Source: a virus (Duplodnaviria > Caudoviricetes). Taken from it: a DNA stretch of 64,000 nt. The notes under the pieces were generated by a model. That model made no database searches and had not been told where the DNA came from. It was given only the letters and a program-made list of their open reading frames with translations. The stretch lies in the IMG/VR virus record IMGVR_UViG_3300006139_000004, positions 1 to 64,000 of that record; one strand, given 5' to 3'. Of this stretch, positions 9,864 to 18,849 are shown piece after piece; the first letter of the stretch is position 1; each line of letters opens with the position of its first letter. Both the position numbers and the translations under genes were made by a program.

Positions 9864-10307
9864 TTATTTTCTGTAAAGAATAACAGTATGCTTTGCAAAA
9901 ATATCACGAATTACAGGATAAACAATATCCCAGCTTGCTCCACCAAGACCACAACCAATCATATATGGCATAGCAATAGGCTCGTTGTAAGGAATAATCT
10001 TTGCAAGGCTCGTCAACGCCTTACTCAGTGCTACAATATCAGTGTGCATCTTACCAACACCAAACCGCTCCTGTCCAAAGACATTGCAAACCACCTTTCC
10101 GTCATCTGTAGGAACCAACAAAACCTTACCAAGCAACTTCTTAGCAAAGTGATCTGCACAATACTCCTGATAGCGGCGGTATACATCAGGATATTTATTT
10201 CTGATTTGAGCAGCAACACCACGCCCCATTGCTCCATAGCAATTCACTTGATGAACAATATAAGTTTCGTTGGCCTCCAGTAAATCACCATTAATCACTC
10301 TTACCAT
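9864..10307 (-). CDS. Macrodomain (ADP-ribosylhydrolase, DarG/Poa1p-like) protein
   Basis: GDLL, HQVNCYGAMGRGVA, IGCGLGGASW. Confidence 0.88.
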   Translation of the reverse strand: MVRVINGDLLEANETYIVHQVNCYGAMGRGVAAQIRNKYPDVYRRYQEYCADHFAKKLLGKVLLVPTDDGKVVCNVFGQERFGVGKMHTDIVALSKALTSLAKIIPYNEPIAMPYMIGCGLGGASWDIVYPVIRDIFAKHTVILYRK

Positions 10308-10815
10308 TTTCAATTTCCTCCATAACCTTATAAAATTCGCTGCCTTTAATTTCTGTAAATGTCTCTGACGGCATTTTAATCTGATCTGCACTAAATGAAC
10401 AATACACAATACCTTTATAATCAAACAATCGTGATGAACTATGCCCCATCATATAGTTGTTATACCATGCTGGCGAAGGCTTACGCACATTTTTCAAATC
10501 GACAGCACGTTTTACCCATTCTTTATTAATGAAAGAGTTTTTCTTAAAAAATCGTAACCCCTCATTTGTCTCTTTAGAACAAAGTTGTTTTGCAAATTTA
10601 ACTTTATCATTTTCTGTAGGAACAATACCAATAACCGTTGAAAACGGGCAAAACAAAGTTGACTCAATTCCAAATTCTTTAAAAAAGCCATCTACAATTT
10701 TTCGATTAGGTTCAATACTATTTTGCCAAGCCCAATAATCTTCGTATAATGCCGAACCTTCATTTACTGTATAAAATTTTTCCAAAAGATGTTCTCCTTT
10801 CAAACGTGTGTCCAA
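10291..10815 (-). CDS. Hypothetical protein
   Basis: ORF in minus-strand operon. Confidence 0.65.
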   Translation of the reverse strand: MDTRLKGEHLLEKFYTVNEGSALYEDYWAWQNSIEPNRKIVDGFFKEFGIESTLFCPFSTVIGIVPTENDKVKFAKQLCSKETNEGLRFFKKNSFINKEWVKRAVDLKNVRKPSPAWYNNYMMGHSSSRLFDYKGIVYCSFSADQIKMPSETFTEIKGSEFYKVMEEIENGKSD

Positions 10816-11372
10816 ATTTGATTATTCACAATTCTTGAAATAAGACCCACACTTACTCCAAAACACACAGCCAGTTCTTGACGATTACACTTTTGCCCTT
10901 TACCTTTTGGAATATAATGTTCCCGAATATAGCGCACATCATTTTCAGTTAATTTAGACATTCCATTATTACTCCCTTGATACTGACCACCCCTTGAACT
11001 CATTTCAAACTGAAACATATTATCAGTATCAATCAAATCCATTTGTGCGGCGTGTGCATAATTGTATTTCCTCGAACACCATTCCAAATTCTCAAGGTGG
11101 TTATTTTGTTTGTTGCCATCAATGTGATTAACAATCTCATCATTGAACCAGTTCGGCAAAAATGTTTCTGCTACACATCTATGTATTCGGATGTTTTTAT
11201 TTCGTCCACAAATTGAAGTGCAAATTTGTAAATAATCACTTGTCCCGATATGGGGTTTATATACTCTTTTTGTTATGGCGTTCCGAATCCTGCCATATGT
11301 AGAAATCTCGAAACGCCATGACAAATCTTCTCCGTCATACCAAGCACCAGCCCATTGTTCCAGCACAATCAC
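10800..11372 (-). CDS. NUMOD4/HNH homing endonuclease-like protein with C-terminal HTH
   Basis: ISTYGRIRN, HRCVAETF, VNHIDGNKQNNHLENLEW. Confidence 0.85.
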   Translation of the reverse strand: MIVLEQWAGAWYDGEDLSWRFEISTYGRIRNAITKRVYKPHIGTSDYLQICTSICGRNKNIRIHRCVAETFLPNWFNDEIVNHIDGNKQNNHLENLEWCSRKYNYAHAAQMDLIDTDNMFQFEMSSRGGQYQGSNNGMSKLTENDVRYIREHYIPKGKGQKCNRQELAVCFGVSVGLISRIVNNQIWTHV

Positions 11373-11387
11373 TCCTTTGCTCTACAA

Positions 11388-12548
11388 TCATAACATTGCA
11401 TGAAGTTGCTTAACAGACTCAGCAATGGCCTGTGCTGCTTTTAACATATCCTCGCTGCTATTATCTCGTCCCATTGAAATACGAATTGTGCAACTCGCAT
11501 CATGGTCATCAAGATACAATGCCTTCAGAACATGAGAAGGATCAAGTGAACCAGCAGTACACGCAGAACCAGCGGACACACACACATCTCTTTCATTCAG
11601 CAATAACAACATAGCTTCACTCTCACAATGAGGCAGCGTAAGACTGATAATTCCCGGAACGCCGCCGTCTGTATTAACATGGTACACCACACCAAGTCTA
11701 TCAAGTTCATCCAAGAATACCTTACGCAAACTCTTATAAATGCCCTCTCGATAATCCATAGTGCTTTGTTTATGCAAAAGTTCTACAGCAGCACCCATAG
11801 ATGCAATACCGGGAACATTCTCTGTTCCAGCACGAAGATGATGCTCTTGACCGCCCCCTGTGATAATTGGATCAATTTTCAGCCCACGGCGTACATAAAG
11901 AACTCCAACACCCTTCATAGCATTAATTTTATGTCCAGACATTGCCATCAAATCAATATGGCTCTTGTTCACATCCAAAGGAATATGCCCCAACGCCTGA
12001 ACTGCATCAGTCATAAAAATAACCCCAAATTCCTGACACAAATCGCCAATATCATCAATAAGCTGAATAGACCCGATTTCGTTGTTCACAGCCATAATCG
12101 ACACCATACCCAACGAATCCTTGAACTGTTGCATCACACAATCCAGTTCCTCAATATCGACACGACCATCCTGATCTACTGGCATATAAATTACCTTGAA
12201 TCCATCTGTCTCTAAGGATTGACAAGTATGAAGCACCGCATGATGCTCAATCATACTGGTAATAATTGTAGTCTTTCCAATCTTCTTCAGGTATGGAGCC
12301 ATGCCACGCAACGCAAGATTGTCAGCCTCGCTTCCTCCAGCCGTAAATACAATTTCATCAGGACTTGCACCAATGTAGTTTGCAATCTGGCTACGGGCTT
12401 TTCCCACTACTTTTGCTGCACTAACTCCGGCTTGATGTAAACTACTCGGATTACCATAATCATCATGCAAAGCCCATAGTGCAGCTTCAAATGCTTCATG
12501 TGAGATTCTTGTTGTAGCTGCATTATCTAAGTAAATCAATTTCAACAC
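11388..12548 (-). CDS. iscS: Cysteine desulfurase (IscS/NifS)
   Basis: YLDNAATT, GNPSS, SGHK PLP lysine, SAGSAC catalytic Cys. Confidence 0.92.
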   Translation of the reverse strand: MLKLIYLDNAATTRISHEAFEAALWALHDDYGNPSSLHQAGVSAAKVVGKARSQIANYIGASPDEIVFTAGGSEADNLALRGMAPYLKKIGKTTIITSMIEHHAVLHTCQSLETDGFKVIYMPVDQDGRVDIEELDCVMQQFKDSLGMVSIMAVNNEIGSIQLIDDIGDLCQEFGVIFMTDAVQALGHIPLDVNKSHIDLMAMSGHKINAMKGVGVLYVRRGLKIDPIITGGGQEHHLRAGTENVPGIASMGAAVELLHKQSTMDYREGIYKSLRKVFLDELDRLGVVYHVNTDGGVPGIISLTLPHCESEAMLLLLNERDVCVSAGSACTAGSLDPSHVLKALYLDDHDASCTIRISMGRDNSSEDMLKAAQAIAESVKQLHAML

Positions 12549-12551
12549 TCC

Positions 12552-12767
12552 TTACTGGTCATTACGACCATCTCCATATTCATCAGCATATTTATGAAAA
12601 TCCAACCTGTATTGATTTCGTTGAATCTCAATCTCTAATTCAATTTCCTCATCCGTAGGCAATCTGCCGGGATCAAAAAAATCACAAATTTCGTCACTTT
12701 CACACTGGTCACGCCAGATACATTCTAAGCACGAAGGCTTTTCGCTTTTATATTCCATTTCAAACAT
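12552..12767 (-). CDS. Small Cys-rich hypothetical protein
   Basis: CLEC..C..C, RBS GGAG. Confidence 0.6.
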   Translation of the reverse strand: MFEMEYKSEKPSCLECIWRDQCESDEICDFFDPGRLPTDEEIELEIEIQRNQYRLDFHKYADEYGDGRNDQ

Positions 12768-12824
12768 CTACTCCTATCTGATTTATATTCCTCCCTTATA
12801 TTGTTGTATTTATGGTTATTTGCT

Positions 12825-14633
12825 CTAAAAAATATGTGAAATAAATTCACTTTCATCAACCTCTTTCCCATTATACTGCATTGTGGAGGATATGTTCAAA
12901 AGTTTCTCCGCTCTCGTCATAGCCACATACATGAGTCGTTTTTCTTCATCAGGATTCTCGCTCTTTTCATGAGGCAAAAGCCCTTGATTCACACCGGCGA
13001 CAAATACAACAGGAAATTCCAGTCCCTTAGATTTATGGATTGTCATTAATTGAACAGAATTTGGATTGGTTTTCTTTTCCTTTGAAAGCCTTGTCATAAA
13101 GGCAATGAATCTTTTCGGATCGTCATAGTCTGAAGCCATTCGTTCAAGCGTATTCAAATTTTCAACACGACTATCATCATTTTCGCACAAATCTTTTGAA
13201 ACATAAGAATCAAGATTTAGATAGTCACGTAAGTTTTTAATAATGTCAGCAACGGTCTTATACTTCTCGTCACCTACAGTTTTAATAGTAGCATATATAT
13301 TATTGACGGCGTTCTTGTACCGCCAATTTGCTTTACTTACTGTAAACATTGCACAGTACATAGAAATCTTTTCTCTACGTGCAAGCCGCCGTACTTCCTG
13401 AATAAAGGCTTGACCAAGCCATCTATTAGGTCGGTTATATATGTATTCAAAAGCCTCATCATCATTCATATCACAAATAAGTCTGAGATAACACAGCACA
13501 GTCTTAATCTCTCGGCGGTCAATGAACGACAGTCCATCAACGATAGAGTAAGGAATATTGTGCCGATAAAGAGATGCTTCAAAATTTTGTAGTTGTGCAT
13601 TTGTCCTTGTCAATATTGCAATATCTTTGTACTCATACCCAGCTTCCGAATACTCTTTAATCTTTGCCGCTATACTATCTGCTTCTGCTGTTTCATTCAG
13701 ATACCTTTCATACACTGGCTTCTCAAACTTACCCTTATCAGAAATACTTTCTACATAATGAGGATGCTTGGATTCTGGAATACATCTTGCAAAGAGGTTT
13801 GCTGCCTCAACAATATCTTGGCTGCTGCGATAGTTCTTATTTAAATGGATAATTTTCGCTTCAGGCCAGTCTTGGTCAAACCCAAGCACATACTTATTGT
13901 CACTACCACGCCACATAAAAATGTTCTGAAGAGGATCATCCACGACAAACACATTCTTATATTTACTTCCAATCAGACGTAGGATTTCATACTGTACTGC
14001 ATTGGTGTCCTGCATCTCATCTGCCAAGATAAACTGATACTGCTCCTGACAATAAGCCAACCCCTTTTCATTTGAACTTAAAATTTCATAACACTTTACC
14101 AGCATATCATCAAAATCTAACTGATTATGTGCGCTTTTATATTTTTCATACTGACTATAAATTTTGCCATACCTTGTGGTTTTATCTGGCTTTTTCATCT
14201 GATTCTTCTGAATAGAAATAAAACTTAGAACATCTGCAATTTCTTGTCCATCAGGCTCTTTTTCACCAAATGTATGCTGAATGACTTCCTCAATGATTTT
14301 TACCTTTTTCCAATCCTGATCCAGAATTTCAAATTCATCTTTGTTAAATTTTCTAATAATACGATACCCAAAAGAATGAAAAGTCTCAATATTTATGCGT
14401 GAAGCATATTCAGGTATCATTTCTTTCAGCCGTTTCATCATGTTCTCTTTTGCCTTTTTGCTGAAAGTGATCGCTAAAATATTCGTTGGCTCAACATCAT
14501 GATCATTAATCAAACTCACAATTCGATTAACCAACACTCTTGTTTTACCAGAGCCAGCAGATGCAATGACATTACAACATCCAGTGTAAAAGTCTACCGC
14601 TTCTTGCTGAACCTTACTTAGATTCATTTTCAT
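12825..14633 (-). CDS. UvrD/PcrA-family SF1 helicase
   Basis: ASAGSGKT, DEMQDTN, NYRS, TIHKSKGLEF, YVAMTRA. Confidence 0.92.
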   Translation of the reverse strand: MKMNLSKVQQEAVDFYTGCCNVIASAGSGKTRVLVNRIVSLINDHDVEPTNILAITFSKKAKENMMKRLKEMIPEYASRINIETFHSFGYRIIRKFNKDEFEILDQDWKKVKIIEEVIQHTFGEKEPDGQEIADVLSFISIQKNQMKKPDKTTRYGKIYSQYEKYKSAHNQLDFDDMLVKCYEILSSNEKGLAYCQEQYQFILADEMQDTNAVQYEILRLIGSKYKNVFVVDDPLQNIFMWRGSDNKYVLGFDQDWPEAKIIHLNKNYRSSQDIVEAANLFARCIPESKHPHYVESISDKGKFEKPVYERYLNETAEADSIAAKIKEYSEAGYEYKDIAILTRTNAQLQNFEASLYRHNIPYSIVDGLSFIDRREIKTVLCYLRLICDMNDDEAFEYIYNRPNRWLGQAFIQEVRRLARREKISMYCAMFTVSKANWRYKNAVNNIYATIKTVGDEKYKTVADIIKNLRDYLNLDSYVSKDLCENDDSRVENLNTLERMASDYDDPKRFIAFMTRLSKEKKTNPNSVQLMTIHKSKGLEFPVVFVAGVNQGLLPHEKSENPDEEKRLMYVAMTRAEKLLNISSTMQYNGKEVDESEFISHIF

Positions 14634-15756
14634 GTCCTCCTATGCCATATTCAATTTCATAACCATATTTTTCTTGCAATTTTTCCTGATAATCTTTGTT
14701 TTTCGCTGACGGTAACGCTGGTAAAATGTCCTCAGAGTCATATGGCAGCGTTATGTCAGACAATCTCTTAAATTGTTCTATATAATTACTTACCAACTTC
14801 GGATTCTTTGCAAATCTATTTTCAGCATTTGTGTCCATGATTTGCTTGAACACGATACCAATTTCTCTCTGCCGTTGAGTTATGGTTTTATCCGCAAAAC
14901 TTTTTAAAATGCTTTTACATTGCTTTTCGTCTACTCGCCAAAGTTCAAACGCTCTGCATACAAAAATAATCCCGTTCTCTCGCATCAACCTTGTTAATTC
15001 GGTATTATACCTTAATGCCTTTTTCCCATACCACTTTTCACTGTCATAGGTTATTTTCGCTTTTTTGCTTGCCTGTTCTACTAACTTGGCATACAATTCC
15101 ATTTCTTCGTCAGTTGCTCTACGAACTTGCGCTGGCTCAATAATTACATGACCATTATTGATTTCCGCTGTTTTTGGCATAATACCAATCATATGTGTTT
15201 CATTGTAGATTACACAGTTCATAGCTGAAAGATATTTGATACATCTCCGAATGTAATCATCAATTCTGTTATCGGCTTTATTAAAATACTCAGTCAATAC
15301 ATTCTGATCAAAGTCCAAATCCGTATGTGCTGCATCTTGATTGTATTTCATATTATTGTAGTTTGAATTAACAAGGTTCGTAATATGAGCCAAGTCCAGA
15401 GAGGTAATCACAGCCATCCGATCTTTCTTGGCCTTACTATCCTTGCCATACACAACCTGATATAAAATCAGCGGAGCGAGATACTGATAAATGCCTTTAT
15501 GTATCTTAGAATCATACAGCGACTTCGGATACTTGTAGACTTCCAACACCTTATACTTCTTAGTTTCAGGATCATACTCATAATCACAGTATCTTGCCAA
15601 TGTATCCAAGAACATACTCTGGTGCTTACCGCTGGCGAATTTCTCTTTATGATGGTATGATCTCCGCTGCGCCTCAGAGCATACTTTGTCAACCAAAGAA
15701 CTCTCGTTATATGTTCCACGTTTCAATTTTACTTCTTTGCTTTCGATTTTCCTCAC
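14614..15756 (-). CDS. Basic hypothetical protein, possible replication initiator/DNA-binding protein
   Basis: 380 aa, Lys-rich, between an origin-like palindrome and the helicase; function inferred from position only. Confidence 0.55.
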   Translation of the reverse strand: MRKIESKEVKLKRGTYNESSLVDKVCSEAQRRSYHHKEKFASGKHQSMFLDTLARYCDYEYDPETKKYKVLEVYKYPKSLYDSKIHKGIYQYLAPLILYQVVYGKDSKAKKDRMAVITSLDLAHITNLVNSNYNNMKYNQDAAHTDLDFDQNVLTEYFNKADNRIDDYIRRCIKYLSAMNCVIYNETHMIGIMPKTAEINNGHVIIEPAQVRRATDEEMELYAKLVEQASKKAKITYDSEKWYGKKALRYNTELTRLMRENGIIFVCRAFELWRVDEKQCKSILKSFADKTITQRQREIGIVFKQIMDTNAENRFAKNPKLVSNYIEQFKRLSDITLPYDSEDILPALPSAKNKDYQEKLQEKYGYEIEYGIGGHENESK

Positions 15757-15778
15757 CTCCCTCTAAAAAGACTCCCTT

Positions 15779-15960
15779 AGTTGCCCTCCAGAAAAAATGC
15801 CCGAAAACCTCTGTGTTACAAAGAGTTTCAAAGGTTTTGCCTATGTACTTTTTTGCCATAATTAAATATATATAATATTATGCCAAAGTGGTACATACAG
15901 AAAACCCGTCAAACACACTGTATTCAAACAGTTTCCAGCCACTTTCTCTGGAGGGCAACT
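15779..15960. repeat. Large nested inverted repeat with AT-rich centre (origin- or recombination-site-like)
   Basis: 14-bp IR AGTTGCCCTCCAGA/TCTGGAGGGCAACT, inner TATGTAC/GTACATA and ATAAT/ATTAT around TAAATATATATAAT. Confidence 0.7.
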
Positions 15961-16076
15961 GAATGAAATTGCTTATACACAGACCTTTTGATATATTATT
16001 CTTGTGGACTTGCGCCAGCAAGGACACAACAATGGGCGTTGCCGTAGGCAAAAGCACATTGCCCTACTCTCACCGC

Positions 16077-16874
16077 TTACAGTCCATGTGACTCCACAAA
16101 AGCATCCATCTGAGCCTGACTCCGCTTAATATAATGGTAGGTGGTTTTAATGTCGTTATGCTTGAGAAGCTGCGACACCATTACCTCATCCTGCGTGTTC
16201 GTGCTGCTTGAAATCATATGATAAGGATTGGTCTTTCTCAAAGAGTGTGTTCCCATGTGCATATCAATTCCCAATGCTTTAGTTGCCCTCTGAAGCATCC
16301 GCCTCATCCCATCAACACTCATCGGCTCATCAGGCTTTTTAGAGTTCGGAAACAACCAATCAGACATTCTATACTCATCAAGGCTATTAAAATACATAGC
16401 CAGAGCATCCCTTGCTTTACTGTTCAACAGCACAATAGACTTCTTGCCTGTTTTTTGCTCATGCTCAAATGTCACGTGTGTTTTAAAAGAGCCATCAGGA
16501 TTCAATACATCATATACGTGCAAGTGTAAAATATCCCCCGCCCTCCGGCTCATATTCAAAGAAAACACAAAATAAGCATAGTCCCGGATATTGACGTTCT
16601 TGTGTCCTTTTCTGGTCAGGAAGAATTGCTTGAACCGCTCCACATCCTCCAGTAGATAAATAGGATCGGTAGGATTATGGTTGCAATGCTGTTGTTCATT
16701 GTATTCCTGATCCATAATAGGAGCAGCTACCTTAACAGCCGGAGAATGAATTTTTGCGGCTTTGGCCTCCATAAACTGCTGAACCCAAGGAGCAAGTGCT
16801 ACCTGAAACTCACCATCAGTCAACTTCATATTTTGTGTCATCGTAAAAACCTCCAGTTTTATTATTCTGTTCAT
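16077..16874 (-). CDS. Tyrosine recombinase/resolvase
   Basis: R(AGD), EQKTGK, HSLRKT, H...TYHY catalytic residues. Confidence 0.88.
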   Translation of the reverse strand: MNRIIKLEVFTMTQNMKLTDGEFQVALAPWVQQFMEAKAAKIHSPAVKVAAPIMDQEYNEQQHCNHNPTDPIYLLEDVERFKQFFLTRKGHKNVNIRDYAYFVFSLNMSRRAGDILHLHVYDVLNPDGSFKTHVTFEHEQKTGKKSIVLLNSKARDALAMYFNSLDEYRMSDWLFPNSKKPDEPMSVDGMRRMLQRATKALGIDMHMGTHSLRKTNPYHMISSSTNTQDEVMVSQLLKHNDIKTTYHYIKRSQAQMDAFVESHGL

Positions 16875-16925
16875 TTTGCGAACATGATTGAAAAACTCTG
16901 TGTTTAAGTCCTTTCTCTATTATCT

Positions 16926-16954
16926 ATTATACGCTTCGGAACTCTATTTGTCAA
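16926..16954 (-). promoter_or_regulatory. Consensus sigma-A promoter for the left arm
   Basis: TTGACA-17-TATAAT on minus strand; 16-bp element at 16962-16977 just upstream. Confidence 0.85.
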
Positions 16955-17651
16955 CAGATTTTTGTATTTCTTGTTATAGTTTTTCGAGGCAATTACAGGG
17001 TCATCGTAATACCTATTTATATATAGGAGTTTTGGAGAGGTTTCGGCAGCGAGATTGATGTTTTGGTGATCTGCGTGGTCGGCTGAAAGGTGCTGGAGTA
17101 TAGGAGTTTTCACGATGACATTTACGATGACATTTTGGGGTTAGTGGGCTGATTTGCGGTTTGGATGTTGAGTAGATGTACTCTGGCGGCTGGGCGTTTT
17201 CAAATTCCCGAAAAAGTGTAAAGTACCCCCCACATGATCCGCACACTTCCGGCAGCACAAAAGCCCCTTGTTTTAAGGCGGTTTTGTTCGGCATACTCCA
17301 AAAACCGAACAAAAGCAAGAGCAGCCAAAAGCAAACAAAACCGGGACTTCATGCGGGATCAGGCCAGAGCCAGAGCCGCCAGCTTCCCGCCGTCTATTTC
17401 TGCCAGTGTTGCGGCCTTGCTTTTGATCCCCGTTTCAATCGAACAAAAGGCGGGGTTTTCGTTGTTCTGCTATCCCGTCCACATTCCAGATCAGCAGCCA
17501 GCCCACGCCAGCGCACACAACGCCAGCACACGCCAGCCTTCAGGCCAGCCGCCAGCCGTCCACATGATCCCGCCAGCATAACCAGAAATACAACCACAAT
17601 TTGCACAAAAACAACCCCTTTTATTTGTGCAATATTTCAATCAAAAAACAC

Positions 17652-17680
17652 TTGCATTTCTGGCTATTGTGTGGTACAAT
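17652..17680 (+). promoter_or_regulatory. Early promoter (copy 1)
   Basis: TTGCAT-17-TACAAT with extended TG; near-identical to 20848-20876. Confidence 0.75.
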
Positions 17681-17778
17681 ATAGACAGTTAAGGGAGGGA
17701 ACACAAAAACAAGCCTTCCCAAAAGTCAAAAAACAATAACCACAAATACAATTAAGGCGCAAACCGGGAGGTAACACA

Positions 17779-18420
17779 ATGACAAGAGACATGATGAAGC
17801 GGATCAAAAAGAATAAAGAAAGCGCTGCCTTGCTTGTGCGGTATGCAAACCCCAAAAGTAAAAGCAAGCCCACGGAAGAAGAAGTGCTTGAAATTCTCTA
17901 TAGACATATTCCCTATTGTGGAACACGTCCGGCTATTAAGTCCTTCACCGTTTCCAGATTCAACCGTAACAAAATTATTAAATGCGCTTATTTTGTGGTA
18001 GAACTGGACAACAGCAAAACATATGAGATCAGCGCATATCAAGATTTAAAGGGCAGAACGCCAGAACAAAAGGAAGAGGACAAAACCGCAGAATATCCTT
18101 CCGGCCTGTTTACCATCTTTCATACTGAAATTAAAGCCCCTGAAAAAGAGCCGGAACAGATCACAGAAAAGGAAACGGCAGAAAACCCGGAAAATGAAAG
18201 CGTAAAAATTCACGGCCTTTACAGTCTGGCAAATTGCGCTTGTCTTGAAGTCCATATTGAAGAAGGCTATGATCCCTTCATTATGTGGCGGCTGTCTATT
18301 GTGGACAGTGAAAAGCCGCAAAAATGGCACAAGGCGAAAATATACGACACGGCAAAAGGGCGGCAATATTTCAAGTATGGCAAAATCAGAATTTATCTTG
18401 ATGAGGTTATAAGAGTATAA
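17779..18420 (+). CDS. Hypothetical early protein
   Basis: RBS GGAGGT, first gene of right arm. Confidence 0.7.
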   Translation: MTRDMMKRIKKNKESAALLVRYANPKSKSKPTEEEVLEILYRHIPYCGTRPAIKSFTVSRFNRNKIIKCAYFVVELDNSKTYEISAYQDLKGRTPEQKEEDKTAEYPSGLFTIFHTEIKAPEKEPEQITEKETAENPENESVKIHGLYSLANCACLEVHIEEGYDPFIMWRLSIVDSEKPQKWHKAKIYDTAKGRQYFKYGKIRIYLDEVIRV

Positions 18421-18510
18421 ACGGCGGCAGCACTGGCACAAATAACAAGAAATACAATCAATTTTAAATGCTGGCCTATCGGCAACACGGGGAGAAAGTG
18501 AAGGTTTATT

Positions 18511-18840
18511 ATGAAACTGAAAGCGACAAAAAAAGCTATTAGAAATAGCGGCTATAACGTTTTGAAGATCGGTTATTGCAACGCTCAAAACCTTTTGAGA
18601 CATAAAAGCCCCTTCGCCTATTCAGAGCGGCGGGAAGGTTGGGCTTGTGACTACTACCAGATCAATAATACCATTATTTCAACGGGTTATGATCCTATCG
18701 GGATAAAAGTTGATTATGATTTAATCCGGGAATATGACAAAAAGGCCGAAGCAATTTGGCGGGACTACTCCCGCACATATAAGGATCAGGAAGCCGCCGT
18801 CAATGCCTTGTTAGATGATTTTATCAAGAAGGCGGCATAA
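18511..18840 (+). CDS. Hypothetical early protein
   Basis: ORF with RBS. Confidence 0.7.
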   Translation: MKLKATKKAIRNSGYNVLKIGYCNAQNLLRHKSPFAYSERREGWACDYYQINNTIISTGYDPIGIKVDYDLIREYDKKAEAIWRDYSRTYKDQEAAVNALLDDFIKKAA

Positions 18841-18849
18841 TAACAACAA

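Noticed and set aside
17176-17739. 187-aa and 115-aa ORFs in the GC-rich junction
   Set aside because: No RBS, atypical composition, open only because of high GC and repeats
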